This document shows, piece after piece, positions 10,326 to 20,276 of a stretch of DNA of 64,000 nt. The number at the start of each line of letters is the position of its first letter. Position 1 is the first letter of the stretch. The stretch comes from an uncultured Chloroflexia bacterium (GTDB lineage: Bacteria; Chloroflexota; Limnocylindria; Limnocylindrales; CSP1-4): NCBI GenBank assembly GCA_963813335.1, contig CAWEYL010000001.1, forward strand, positions 1,152,001-1,216,000. The letters run 5' to 3'. The notes beneath the pieces are model-generated. The model made no database searches, was not told the origin of the DNA, and saw only the letters and a list, made by a program, of their open reading frames with translations. The position numbers were made by a program, and so were the translations under genes.

Positions 10326-11339
10326 CTAGCTCGGGCGCTCGATCACGAGCAGCATCGCCTCGGACGGCAGGTCGATCAGGTTCGGCTCGGGCAGGCCGGC
10401 GGCCGCGGCCCACTCGCGGAACCGTTCGCGGGTCGCCAGCGCCGTGCCCTGGTACAGCTCGTCGAGCTGGACGCCGCTGATCAGCTCCCCGTAGGGCGTC
10501 CGGAAGTCCTCGGCCGTCGACGGCAGCGGCCAGTCCATGACGAGGATCCGTCCTCCGGGTCGGAGGGCCGCCCAGGCAGCGCGCAGCGCGCCGACCGGGT
10601 CAGGGAGCTGGTGCAGGGCGTACTGGAAGTAGGCGAGGTCGTATTCGGGGCCGGGTCCCGGCTTGTCCACATCGGCCTGGCGGATCTCGATCCGCTCGGC
10701 GAGGCCGGCCGCCGCGACGTTGGCCCGCGCGCGGGCGACCGAATCCGGCTCGAACTCGACGCCGACGAGCTCGAGTTCGGGGAAGCGCCGGGCCATCGCG
10801 ATCAGCCAGCGCCCGCCGCCACAGTGGATGTCCACCACGCGACCACCGCGCGCGAGGTCCGCGACGAGCTGCGGCAGCTCGGCCAGGGCCTCCTGGAAGA
10901 AGACCGCGATGTCCTGCACGGTCAGCCGCTCGATCGAGGCGCGGTAACGGTCCGGCCGCTCGGCGATCGGCTGCCCGCTGCGGAAGAACTCGAGCATCCC
11001 GCCCCAGTCGAGCGAGGCGATCACCGAATGGACGAACTGGCCGCCGATGAACTCCGGGCGGTCGTCGTCGAGCAGGACGACGGCGGTGTCCTCGTCCAGG
11101 GTCAGGAGGCCGTCCTCGATGGTCACGAGGCGGTGCGCGTCCGACGCCCGCGCCCAGGCGTCGATGGCCTCGGGGCGGCAGCCGCGGTCGGCGGCGAGCT
11201 GCGCCGGCGAGAGACCCGCCCGACCCGCCGCGCGCAAGCGCGCGAACAGCCCCAGCTCCACGCCGAGGTAGACCAGCCATGTCCGCTGGAACCCGGTCAG
11301 GCTGTCGACGAGTTCGTCGAAGCGGTCATCGAGCGGCAT
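10326..11339 (-). CDS. Class I SAM-dependent methyltransferase with N-terminal wHTH/dimerisation domain
   Basis: VELGLFARL, VVDIHCGGG, LHQLPDPVGALR..LRPGG. Confidence 0.85.
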   Translation of the reverse strand: MPLDDRFDELVDSLTGFQRTWLVYLGVELGLFARLRAAGRAGLSPAQLAADRGCRPEAIDAWARASDAHRLVTIEDGLLTLDEDTAVVLLDDDRPEFIGGQFVHSVIASLDWGGMLEFFRSGQPIAERPDRYRASIERLTVQDIAVFFQEALAELPQLVADLARGGRVVDIHCGGGRWLIAMARRFPELELVGVEFEPDSVARARANVAAAGLAERIEIRQADVDKPGPGPEYDLAYFQYALHQLPDPVGALRAAWAALRPGGRILVMDWPLPSTAEDFRTPYGELISGVQLDELYQGTALATRERFREWAAAAGLPEPNLIDLPSEAMLLVIERPS

Positions 11340-11440
11340 CGTCGGCCGATTGTGCCACGCGGGCTGCCCTCGGATCGGGGCGTCGCGGGGTACCGTTGGG
11401 GCATGCAACGGTTGCGCCCGGGCGCGTGTTCTGCGGATTG

Positions 11441-12043
11441 ATGGACACCGACAGCCGCCTGGCGGCGGATCTCGCCCGCGACCTCGACGCGAGCTTCGAG
11501 GCGCTCGTCATCGCCCACCAGGACCGGCTCTACTCGATCGCGCTGCGCGTGCTCGGAGAGCGGGGCGCGGCCGAGGAGGCCGCCCAGGACGCGTTCGTGC
11601 GCGCCTACCGGGCCCTGGCGACGTACGACGCGGACCGGGTCCGCGAGCTCCGGCTCCGGCCGTGGCTCGCCACGATCGTCCTCAACCTGTGCCGGACGCG
11701 GATCGCCCGGCGCGCGGCGAAGGGCGCGGCGCCGTTGTCGTTCGATCTCGAGGCGGCGCCGCTGCCCGAGCCGGTCGCGACCGACGCGACCACGATGCCC
11801 GCCGCGGTCGCCGAGCGTCGGGCCGAGCGCGAGCATTGGGCGGGGCTCCTCGCCTGCCTGCCACCGGCCTACCGGGCCGCCGTCGTGCTGCGCCATGTCG
11901 ACGGCCTCAGCTACCCCGAACTCGCCAGCGCCCTCGGTCGACCCGAGGGCACCGTGAAAGCCCAGGTCCATCGCGGCCTGGCGATGCTGCGCAGCGCCAT
12001 CGAGTCGAACGAGCGCCTCGAGCGCCAGGAGATGACCGCATGA
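11441..12043 (+). CDS. ECF RNA polymerase sigma-70 factor
   Basis: AEEAAQDAFVRAY, WLATIVLN (region 2); LSYPELASALGRPEGTVKAQVHRG (region 4). Confidence 0.92.
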   Translation: MDTDSRLAADLARDLDASFEALVIAHQDRLYSIALRVLGERGAAEEAAQDAFVRAYRALATYDADRVRELRLRPWLATIVLNLCRTRIARRAAKGAAPLSFDLEAAPLPEPVATDATTMPAAVAERRAEREHWAGLLACLPPAYRAAVVLRHVDGLSYPELASALGRPEGTVKAQVHRGLAMLRSAIESNERLERQEMTA

Positions 12044-12837
12044 CCACCACCGACCGCACCGACGACGCGAGCCTCGAGGCCGCGCTGGCCGGCATGACCA
12101 CCACCGCGCCGCCCACCCTGGCCCCGAACGTCCTCGTCGAGGTCGGCCTCGCCGACCGCATGGCCCGCCTCGACACCGTGATCGGGCCGCTCTACGTGGC
12201 CTGGAACGGCCGCGGGGTCAGCGGCGTGGAATCCGCCGAGTTCGCCGCGAGCCACGCGGCCCGGACCGGTCGCCCGGTCTTCCCCGCGGACGCGCTCCCG
12301 GACCGGCTGGCCCGGGCGATCGACAAGCGGCTGGGCGGCGACCGCCGGGTGCGCATCGACCTCGACCTGCGCGGCCACAGCGAGTTCGAGCAGGACGTCT
12401 GGCGCAAGGCCCTCGACATCCCCCGTGGCGAGGTCCGGCCGTACGGCTGGATCGCCGCCGAGATCGGCCGCCCGAAGGCGGTCCGCGCGGTCGGGACGGC
12501 GCTCGGCCACAACCCGGTCCCGCTGATCGTGCCGTGCCATCGGGTCGTGCGGACCGACGGCACCATCGGGCAGTACTCGCTGGGCGGTCCGGAGAACAAG
12601 CGGACGATCCTGGCCGCCGAAGGCCTGGACCCCGACGAGATGGAGGCCGCCGCGCGGCGCGGCGAGCGGCTGATCGGCTGCGCCTCCACGAACATCGTCT
12701 GCTGGCCCACCTGCTGGACCGGGCGGCACATGCTGCCGCGCAACCGGCGGCCGTTCCGCTCGCTGGCCGAGGCCTCGGCGGCCGGCTATCGCCCGTGCAA
12801 GGTCTGCCGGCCGGTGGCGGGAGCGGTCGCCGCCTGA
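12040..12837 (+). CDS. ogt: Methylated-DNA-protein-cysteine methyltransferase with C-terminal Ada-type Zn-binding domain
   Basis: AVRAVGTALGHNPVPLIVPCHRVV; C-terminal CWPTC...AGYRPCKVC; ATGA overlap with the sigma gene. Confidence 0.9.
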   Translation: MTTTDRTDDASLEAALAGMTTTAPPTLAPNVLVEVGLADRMARLDTVIGPLYVAWNGRGVSGVESAEFAASHAARTGRPVFPADALPDRLARAIDKRLGGDRRVRIDLDLRGHSEFEQDVWRKALDIPRGEVRPYGWIAAEIGRPKAVRAVGTALGHNPVPLIVPCHRVVRTDGTIGQYSLGGPENKRTILAAEGLDPDEMEAAARRGERLIGCASTNIVCWPTCWTGRHMLPRNRRPFRSLAEASAAGYRPCKVCRPVAGAVAA

Positions 12838-12875
12838 GCCCGGCACCGGCCGACGCGCCGTTGTACCATCCGGCC

Positions 12876-13943
12876 TTGGACCACTCGGCTGTGCCAACCG
12901 TCGACAGCGCGCTGCGGACGCCGGCTCCCCAGGCGCCCGCGGTCGACGGCGCGCCCGCCAAGGCGGCCCGCAACCCGGGGGTCCTGCTGGGGATGCTGGT
13001 CCTCTACGTCGTGTGGGGCTCGACCTACCTCGGGATCGCGGTCGCCGTCCAGAGCATCCCGCCGTTCCTGATGGCCGCGACGCGGTTCGTCCTCGCCGGC
13101 CTGATCCTGCTCGCGCTGTCGAGGATCCGCGGCGGCCGCGAGTTCGAGTGGCCCACGCGCCGCGAGTGGCGCGACTCCCTGATCGTCGGCGGCCTGCTGC
13201 TCGGGGGCGGGATGGGCATGGTCGCCTTCGCCGAGCAGACGATCCCGTCCGGGATCACCGCCATCCTCATCGCGATGCTGCCGGTCTGGGTCGCGATCTT
13301 CAGCCGGCTCTTCTTCGGCGAACGGCTGCCGCGCGGCGCGGTGGTCGGGATCGCCATCGGGTTCGTCGGCGTGGCCGTCCTGGTCGGCCCGACCGCCCTC
13401 GGCATCCAGGGCGGCCTCGAGCCGCTCGGGCTCGCGGCGGCCATCCTCTCGCCGATCTCCTGGTCGCTCGGCTCGCTCTTCGCCTCGCACCGGGCCGTCC
13501 TGCCGCGCCGCCCCCTGGTGCTGGCCGGCGCCGAGATGCTGGCCGGCGGCCTGATCCTCGTGGCCATGTCGGCCGGGGCCGGGGAGCTGGCCGACTTCCA
13601 CGTCGCCGACGTCACGGCGTCGTCGTTCGTCGCGCTCACCTACCTGACCGTCGTCGGCAGCCTCATCGCGTTCACGACCTACGGCTGGCTGCTACGCAAG
13701 GCGCCGCTGTCGCTGATCGCGACGTACGCGTACGTCAACCCGGTGGTCGCGGTGATCCTGGGGTTCGTCGTCCTGCAGGAGCCCATCGAGCCGCGGACGA
13801 TCGTCGCCGGGGCGATCATCGTGTTCGCGGTCGCGCTCATCGTCACGGCGCGAAGCCGGATGCTGCGCCCCGCTGAGCGCGTGGCAGCGGACCGGTCCGT
13901 GGCGGCCAAGGTCGGCGGCGACGCGACCCCGGAGGCGGCCTGA
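12876..13943 (+). CDS. EamA/DMT family transporter (YedA-like)
   Basis: YVVWGSTYLGI, YAYVNPVVAV; about 10 TM helices; TTG start 6 nt after TACCAT. Confidence 0.9.
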   Translation: MDHSAVPTVDSALRTPAPQAPAVDGAPAKAARNPGVLLGMLVLYVVWGSTYLGIAVAVQSIPPFLMAATRFVLAGLILLALSRIRGGREFEWPTRREWRDSLIVGGLLLGGGMGMVAFAEQTIPSGITAILIAMLPVWVAIFSRLFFGERLPRGAVVGIAIGFVGVAVLVGPTALGIQGGLEPLGLAAAILSPISWSLGSLFASHRAVLPRRPLVLAGAEMLAGGLILVAMSAGAGELADFHVADVTASSFVALTYLTVVGSLIAFTTYGWLLRKAPLSLIATYAYVNPVVAVILGFVVLQEPIEPRTIVAGAIIVFAVALIVTARSRMLRPAERVAADRSVAAKVGGDATPEAA

Positions 13944-13946
13944 CCC

Positions 13947-15928
13947 TCACATCTCGCTGAGGACGACCCGCGAGACACGGCGCGCCAGCGCCATGATGGT
14001 GATCATCGGGTTGACCCCGATCCCGGTCGGGAAGACCGACCCGTCGCCGACGTACAGGCCGCGGATCACGTGGTCGCCGCGCCGCCGTCGCGGACCCGTC
14101 CCCACGGATCGCAGGGATGCGTGCGCGGGTCCGCGCCCATCCGCGCCGTCCCCATCTGATGGGCGGAGAAGACCGTCCCGCGGTTCGGCGCGAAGTCGAA
14201 CGACCCGAGGTCGGCCACGAACCGGGTGAACCGGGCGACCTCTTCGTCGACCCCGCCCGCGCGGACGTCGTGCCAGCGCGGCGGCGTGCCGACGGCGACG
14301 ATCCGCTGGGCGCCGGCCGCCCGGGCGAGGCGCGCCATCTGGACCAAGCCATGGCGCAGCGTCGCCACGCCCGCGGCATCGAGGCGGTAGTCCAGCCGCA
14401 CCCGGCCGCTCCCGGTCAGCGTGGCCCGCCCCTCCCCGCCGTCGCGGGTCACCGCGATCAGCGGGGCCACCATGCGGCTGCTCCGCATCACCTCCGCGTG
14501 GGCGTCGCGGCCCGCCCAGGGCAGGGCGAGCGCGAGGAGGCCGGGGTGGCCCGGCGCCGATTCGATGGCATAGCCGTTGCGGCCCGGCTCGCGATCGCCG
14601 AACTGGAGCGAGCGGGCGCCCTGCATCGTGCCGCGCCACATGTCGACCGGCTCGTCATACCAGCCGGCCAGCACTGACACCGGATGGAGCCGCAGGTAGC
14701 GGCCGATCGCGGGGTGGTCGACCGCGGTCCGCTGCAGGATCGCCGGCGTCCGCAGCGCGCCTGCGGCCAGCACGACGGTCCCGGCCCGGACCGTCAGCCG
14801 GCGGCCGTCGGCGAGCACGGCATCGACGCCCGCCGCCCGTCCGTGCTCGAGGAGCACCTTGACGACCCGGGCGTCCGGCACGATCCGGGCACCGGCCCCG
14901 AACGCGCGCGCCAGGTGGGCCCGGATCCCCGACTGCTTGGCTCCGCGGCGACACCCGAACGGGCAGCTCCCGCAGTCGCCGCAGCCCGTGGCGTCGCGGC
15001 GGGTCGGGGCGGCCTCCCAGCCGAGGCCACGCGCGCCGCGCAGGAGGATGGCGTCCTTGGCCGGGATGCGCGTCGACTCCGAGACGCCGAGGTCCGACTC
15101 GACGGCCGCCACGTCCTTGCTCCAGGCCGTCCCGTCGGCGAGGGCCTCGAGGCCGTGCTCGCGGCCCCATTCCTCGCGGACCGCGGCCGGCGCCTGGATG
15201 CTCGTCATCCAGTTGACCAGCGTGCCGCCGCCGACCGCGCTGCCGGACAGGATCGTCACGGCGCCGTCCCAGGTGGAGACCAGGCCCTGGTCCAGGTAGA
15301 GCCGGGCGAACGCGTCGAGCTCGGTCGTGGGCATCGTCGACTCATCGACGAACGGCCCGGCCTCGAGGACCACCACCGACCGACCGGATTCCGCCAGCTC
15401 GGCGGCGACGACCCCGCCGCCGGCGCCCGATCCGACGACGACCGTGTCCGCGTCGAGGGTCACAGCGTCGGACGGCCGGTCCGGATCCGCGGCGCACCGG
15501 AGCGGGGCGATCGCCGCCAGCTCGCTCGTCACCGGCGGCTGGTCGGGCTCGTAGCCGATCTCGGCGAGCAGCGGGTTCGGCCCGTCGGCGCCGGGCTCGG
15601 CGTAGGCCAGGAAGCTCAGCAGCTTGCGCAGCGCCTGGAACGCGGACCGCCGGAGCGCGAGGCGCGAGTCGCCCCACGACAGCAGGTATCGCTCGCGGGC
15701 CTCGGGCGACATGGCCGAGAACGTCGTGGGCCGGCCGGCCAACGCGAGGTTGACGGGGGCGGAGTCCATCAGCCGCAGCGCCTGGCGGAGCTGCTTGACC
15801 TGGGCGGGATCCGCGGCGGCCGTGAGCGCCTCCGCGGCAAGCCGCGCCCGAGCCATCCCGTCGCCGCGCACGAACGTCTCGGCGATGTCCGCGAGGATCC
15901 GGAGCTCGCGATCGGTCCAGTCGCGCAT
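13947..15928 (-). CDS. GMC oxidoreductase (long-chain alcohol oxidase-like); frameshift near 14075
   Basis: VVGSGAGGG, GSAVGGGTLVNW, CGDCGSCPFGC, SAHQMGT, DGSVFPTGIGVNPMITI. Confidence 0.9.
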
Positions 15929-15984
15929 CGGCGCGAGTATGACCCCGGCGCTGGGGCGCAGCGGCTCGTTCTCGAGGCGGATCC

Positions 15985-17190
15985 CTAGGCCGGGCGCTCG
16001 AACCCCTGGGCGGGCCACGGCTCGCAGCGGATCGGCCGGTCTTCGCGATAGCCGAGGGCGTAGTCGGCCTGGATCAGCGTGTGCAGCTGGCTCGTGCCCT
16101 CGTAGATGACGGCCGCCTTCGAGTTGCGCAGGTAGCGCTCCACCGGGAACTCGTTCGAGTAGCCGTTGGCGCCGTGGATCTGGATGGCATCGAGCGCCGC
16201 CTGCACCGCGTGCTCGGTCGCGTGCCACTTGGCCAGGCTCGTCTCCCGCGTGTTCCGCAGGCCGCGGTTCTTGAGCGCGCCCGCCTGCCAGACCAGCAGC
16301 CGGCCGATCTCGGTGCCCTTGGCCATGTTGGCGATCATCTGCTTGACGAGCTGGTGCTCGCCGATCTCCTGGCCGAAGGTCTGCCGCTCGTGGGCGTAGC
16401 GGACGCTCGCATCGAGGCAGGCCTGGGCGAGCCCGACCGCGCCGGCGGCGACCGTGTAGCGCCCCTGGTCGATGGCGCTCATCGCGACGAGGAACCCCTC
16501 CCCCTCCTCGCCGATGCGGTGGTCCAGCGGCACGGGCACGTCGTCGAGGTTGATGAGCCCGGTGTTCCCGGCCCTGATCCCGAGCTTGCCGTGGAGCGTG
16601 CCGGTGGTCAGGCCGGGCATCCCGCGCTCGAGCATGAACGCGGTGACGCCCTTGTGCTTCTTCGTGCGGTCCACGCTGGCGAAGACCAGGAAGTGGTCGG
16701 CGAGGTCGGCGAGGCTGATCCAGATCTTCTGGCCGTTGAGCCGGTAGACGTCGCCGTCGCGGCGGGCCGTCGTCGCGAGGTTGCCCGCGTCAGTGCCCAC
16801 GCCGGGCTCGGTCAGCCCGAACGTGGCCAGCTTCTCGCCGCGCGCCTGCGGCACCAGCCAGCGCTGGCGCTGCGCCTCGGTCCCCCATTGGAGGAGGGCC
16901 AGCGAGTTCAGCCCGACGTGGACGGACTGGACCACCCGGAATGCCGTGTCGGCCCGCTCCAGCTCCTCGCACAGCAGCGCGAAGCTGATGTAGTCCATCC
17001 CGGCGCCACCGTACGCCTCGGGGATCGGCGCGCCCAGGAACCCCTGCGCGGCCATCTTCGCGAAGACCTCGCGGTGGACCTCGCCCTTCTCGTCCCACTC
17101 GCGGATGTAGGGCAGGATCTCGGCCTCGGCGAAGGCGCGGACGCTGTCGCGGACGAGCTTGTGCTCGTCGGTCAGGGTGAAGTCGACCAT
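15985..17190 (-). CDS. Acyl-CoA dehydrogenase
   Basis: FGLTEPGVGTD, LNGQKIWIS, QIHGANGY, IYEGTSQL. Confidence 0.95.
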   Translation of the reverse strand: MVDFTLTDEHKLVRDSVRAFAEAEILPYIREWDEKGEVHREVFAKMAAQGFLGAPIPEAYGGAGMDYISFALLCEELERADTAFRVVQSVHVGLNSLALLQWGTEAQRQRWLVPQARGEKLATFGLTEPGVGTDAGNLATTARRDGDVYRLNGQKIWISLADLADHFLVFASVDRTKKHKGVTAFMLERGMPGLTTGTLHGKLGIRAGNTGLINLDDVPVPLDHRIGEEGEGFLVAMSAIDQGRYTVAAGAVGLAQACLDASVRYAHERQTFGQEIGEHQLVKQMIANMAKGTEIGRLLVWQAGALKNRGLRNTRETSLAKWHATEHAVQAALDAIQIHGANGYSNEFPVERYLRNSKAAVIYEGTSQLHTLIQADYALGYREDRPIRCEPWPAQGFERPA

Positions 17191-17253
17191 GGCGGCATCG
17201 TACGCGGCGGACGGCGGTCGGTGCCGGCCGGTCCCAGCCGATACACTCGGGCC

Positions 17254-18519
17254 ATGGACACCGCCCCCAACCTGACGCCCGTCCTCGGGCGCTACTTCAC
17301 GCGGGAATGGAGCCACGGCATCGGCCACCGGCTCTACGACACCGACGGCAAGGCGTACCTCGATTTCGCCAACGGGATCGCGGTCAGCGCCCTCGGCCAC
17401 GTGCACCCGCGGGTCACCGCCGCGATCCACGCCCAGGTCGACAAGCTGATCGGGCCGGTGAGCGCGCTCGGCTTCACGGAGCCGATCTCGCGTCTCGCCA
17501 CCGACCTCGCCGCGACGTTCCCGGCGCCGCTCGACTCGGTGATGTTCCTGAACTCGGGCTCCGAGGTCATCGACGGCGCGCTCAAGCTGGCGCGGCGGAC
17601 GACCGGCCGACCCGGGATCATCGCGTTCCGCGGCGGGTTCCACGGGCGGACCTTCGGGGCCGCCAGCGTCACGACCTCGAACCTCAACTACCGGACCGGC
17701 TACGAGCCGCTGCTCCCGGGCGTGTACTTCGCCCCGTATCCGGCCGTCTACGCCGACTTCGACGGCGACGAGGCTCGGGCGACCGAATCGTGCCTGGCGA
17801 TCCTCGACTCGCTGTTCAGCACGATCATCGCGCCGGAGATGGTCGGCGGGCTGCTGATCGAGCCGGTCCTCGGCGAGGGCGGGTTCATCCCGGCGCCGCC
17901 GGCGTTCCTGCGGGGCCTGCGCGAACGGTGCGACCGGCACGGGATCGTGATGATCGCCGACGAGGTCCAGACCGGCTATGGCCGGACCGGGACGATGTGG
18001 GCGTTCGAGCATGCCGGGATCGTCCCGGACGTGGTGGTCGTCGCGAAGGCGATCGCCAACGGGCTCCCACTCTCGGCGATCGTCTCGTCGCGCGAGCTCC
18101 AGGAGCGCTGGGGGCGCGGGGCCCACGGCTCGACGTACGGCGGCAATCCCGTGGCCTGCGCCGCCGGCATCGCGGTCCTCGAGACCATCCGCGAGGAGGG
18201 CCTCGTGGCCAATGCGGCGGCCCGCGGGGCCGAGCTGGCGGCGGGCCTCGGCCGGATCGCCGCGGAGGACGAGCGCATCGGCGACGTGCGCGGGCCGGGC
18301 CTGATGGTCGGCGTGGAGTTCGTGAAGGACCGGGCGACCCGCGAGCCCGACGGCGACCTGCCGGACCGGCTCATGGCAGCCTGCGCCGACGCCGGCCTGC
18401 TGGTGCTCACCTGCGGCCGCAGGCACGAGACGGTGCGCTGGCTGCCGCCGATCAACGTGACCGCGGCCGAGATCGCCGAGGCGGTCGAGATCTTCGGGGA
18501 GACCCTCCGGAAGATCTAG
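17254..18519 (+). CDS. Class III PLP aminotransferase (GabT-like)
   Basis: NSGSE, FHGRT, IEPVLGEGG, DEVQTGYGRTG, AKAIANG, STYGGNP. Confidence 0.93.
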   Translation: MDTAPNLTPVLGRYFTREWSHGIGHRLYDTDGKAYLDFANGIAVSALGHVHPRVTAAIHAQVDKLIGPVSALGFTEPISRLATDLAATFPAPLDSVMFLNSGSEVIDGALKLARRTTGRPGIIAFRGGFHGRTFGAASVTTSNLNYRTGYEPLLPGVYFAPYPAVYADFDGDEARATESCLAILDSLFSTIIAPEMVGGLLIEPVLGEGGFIPAPPAFLRGLRERCDRHGIVMIADEVQTGYGRTGTMWAFEHAGIVPDVVVVAKAIANGLPLSAIVSSRELQERWGRGAHGSTYGGNPVACAAGIAVLETIREEGLVANAAARGAELAAGLGRIAAEDERIGDVRGPGLMVGVEFVKDRATREPDGDLPDRLMAACADAGLLVLTCGRRHETVRWLPPINVTAAEIAEAVEIFGETLRKI

Positions 18520-18562
18520 CGGCGAGGCGCGGCGCGATCGGGGCGGGTCGCGGAACCGGCCC

Positions 18563-18847
18563 CTATCGCTCCGGCGTGAGCGGCGAGATCGCGTGCAGCG
18601 ACGCCTCGCGGTCGGCAAGCTCGGCGCGCGGGCACGAGGCCCAGAGGGCCCAGCCACCGGCCTCGGTGCAGATGAAGAACTGGAGGTGGGCGACGTCATC
18701 CCCAGGGTCGGCACTCGCCATCTCCACCCGGATCGCGTCGCCGATCAGGAGCTCGACGCGCTCCAGTGAACGGACCGGCATCCCGGCCGCGCCGGGGTGC
18801 ATGCCGTCTCGCCAACCGCGCGGCATCGTCGGCGACCACTCGGTCAT
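18563..18847 (-). CDS. Hypothetical protein (94 aa)
   Basis: Strong GGAGGAGG RBS and upstream TATCCT; fills the intergenic gap. Confidence 0.5.
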   Translation of the reverse strand: MTEWSPTMPRGWRDGMHPGAAGMPVRSLERVELLIGDAIRVEMASADPGDDVAHLQFFICTEAGGWALWASCPRAELADREASLHAISPLTPER

Positions 18848-18936
18848 CGTCGTCCTCCTCCGTGTTCGGGCCTGGATGCGCTGGAACGCTCGAGGATACC
18901 GGCGCCCGATCCCATCTCGGACGCTGCGGCGTCACC

Positions 18937-19740
18937 TTACGCCGGTGCCGTCACCCGGTTCGCGGGGTCGTTCGCACGGGTGACCTCGATGCGCAGGTCC
19001 GCCGGTCCACCCTCGCCCGGGAAGTCGTTGGCCTCGAAGGCGACCAGGTGGCCGTCGAGCGAGACCCACAGGTCGATGCTGGCGCCCGGCGGGAAGGTCG
19101 CCCCGCCCGGCCCCGGGCCGGTCGCGGCGTCCGCGTGGTAGTGCGTCGTCAGGGCGCCGTTCTTCGTCTCCGGGCCGACGGTGACGTAGTCGGCCCCGCC
19201 GAAGATCGACACGAGCGTCGCCGGCTCCACGGCGCCCAGGGTGCCGTCGACGAGGCCGAACGCCCCGGGTACCAGTTTGCCCTTGCCGGTCCGGTCCATC
19301 CAGGCCTTGTCGCCGATGGTCACCGCGCGGATGGTGGAGCCACCGACCGTGATGGTCGCGGCACGGGCCGGCGTCGGCCGCTGGACGACGGTCATCTCCG
19401 CGGTGAATCGTCCCTGCCCGGTGAGCCCGGCCATGCTCACGTGGTAGGACCCGAGCGATGCGAGCGCGCCGGCCGCCGCGAGCGGGTCGACCGGCGAGGG
19501 CGTGGCCGACGCCGACGGGACGATCGTGGGGCTCGGGACAGGCTCCGAGGCGGCCGGCTGGGTGGCCGTCGGCGAGGCGGTCGGCACGGCGACGGCGGGC
19601 GTGCCACCCGGCGTCGCGCTCGGCAGGACACTCCCGGCCGGGCTCACCGTCGGCGTCGAGCTCCAGCAAGCCGCCACGATGAGCGAGAGCGCGGCCGCGA
19701 TCGCCGTGCGCGTGGCGGCGGATCGAAGGCTGGACGACAT
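18937..19740 (-). CDS. Lipoprotein, LppX/LprAFG-like fold, Pro/Thr/Ser-rich linker
   Basis: Lipobox VAAC; YVTVGPETKNGALTTHY, DLWVSLDG, ANDPANRVTAP. Confidence 0.7.
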   Translation of the reverse strand: MSSSLRSAATRTAIAAALSLIVAACWSSTPTVSPAGSVLPSATPGGTPAVAVPTASPTATQPAASEPVPSPTIVPSASATPSPVDPLAAAGALASLGSYHVSMAGLTGQGRFTAEMTVVQRPTPARAATITVGGSTIRAVTIGDKAWMDRTGKGKLVPGAFGLVDGTLGAVEPATLVSIFGGADYVTVGPETKNGALTTHYHADAATGPGPGGATFPPGASIDLWVSLDGHLVAFEANDFPGEGGPADLRIEVTRANDPANRVTAPA

Positions 19741-19910
19741 GGACCCCTCATCGCGGACGGCGGCCGGGGCATGGTACCAACGCGACCCGGCGAGACCCGC
19801 CCGCGGACCGACGCGGACAGCAAGAAGCGTCCGGCTGGTGCCGGACGCTCAGCGACGCACGACCGATGCGATGGACCGCCCGACCCTCGCGATGGGCCGG
19901 ACGCTCGGCG

Positions 19911-20105
19911 CTATCGGTTCTGCGAGAGGAACTTCATGACGTCGTCGAGCCGGAACCGGCGGTCCCCGCGCTTGCAGACGCGATAGAACGGCAGCTCACC
20001 CCGATCACCCAGGCGCTTCACCGTATTCACATGCAGGTGGAGCATCTCGGCGACCTCGGTCGCGGTGAGCATCGGTCCAAGTTCGTTGACGGCCATCGAT
20101 GCCAT
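19911..20105 (-). CDS. Small excisionase/BldC-like HTH DNA-binding protein (HTH_17)
   Basis: MLTATEVAEMLHLHVNTVKRL..RGELPFYR...GDRRFRLDDV; GAGG RBS. Confidence 0.85.
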   Translation of the reverse strand: MASMAVNELGPMLTATEVAEMLHLHVNTVKRLGDRGELPFYRVCKRGDRRFRLDDVMKFLSQNR

Positions 20106-20192
20106 GTGGTCGTTGCCTCGCTTAACGCACGTTTCGGCGGTCGCGGAACCCCCGGGGCTATCCGGGGTAAGGTCCGGCCCGCTGCGAGGAAG

Positions 20193-20260
20193 AGCGTATG
20201 AGAGGGGTGGAGGGGGGCCAAGCCGTACTTTGGGGTACCCGCGGGTAGCACGGACGGGTA
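20193..20260 (-). promoter_or_regulatory. Promoter TTGGCC-N17-TACGCT with upstream TACCC direct repeats
   Basis: -10 at 20193-20198, -35 at 20216-20221; GGGTA (plus strand) at 20233, 20243, 20256 and CCGTA at 20223. Confidence 0.55.
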
Positions 20261-20276
20261 CGGGGGTGTCCGGGGG

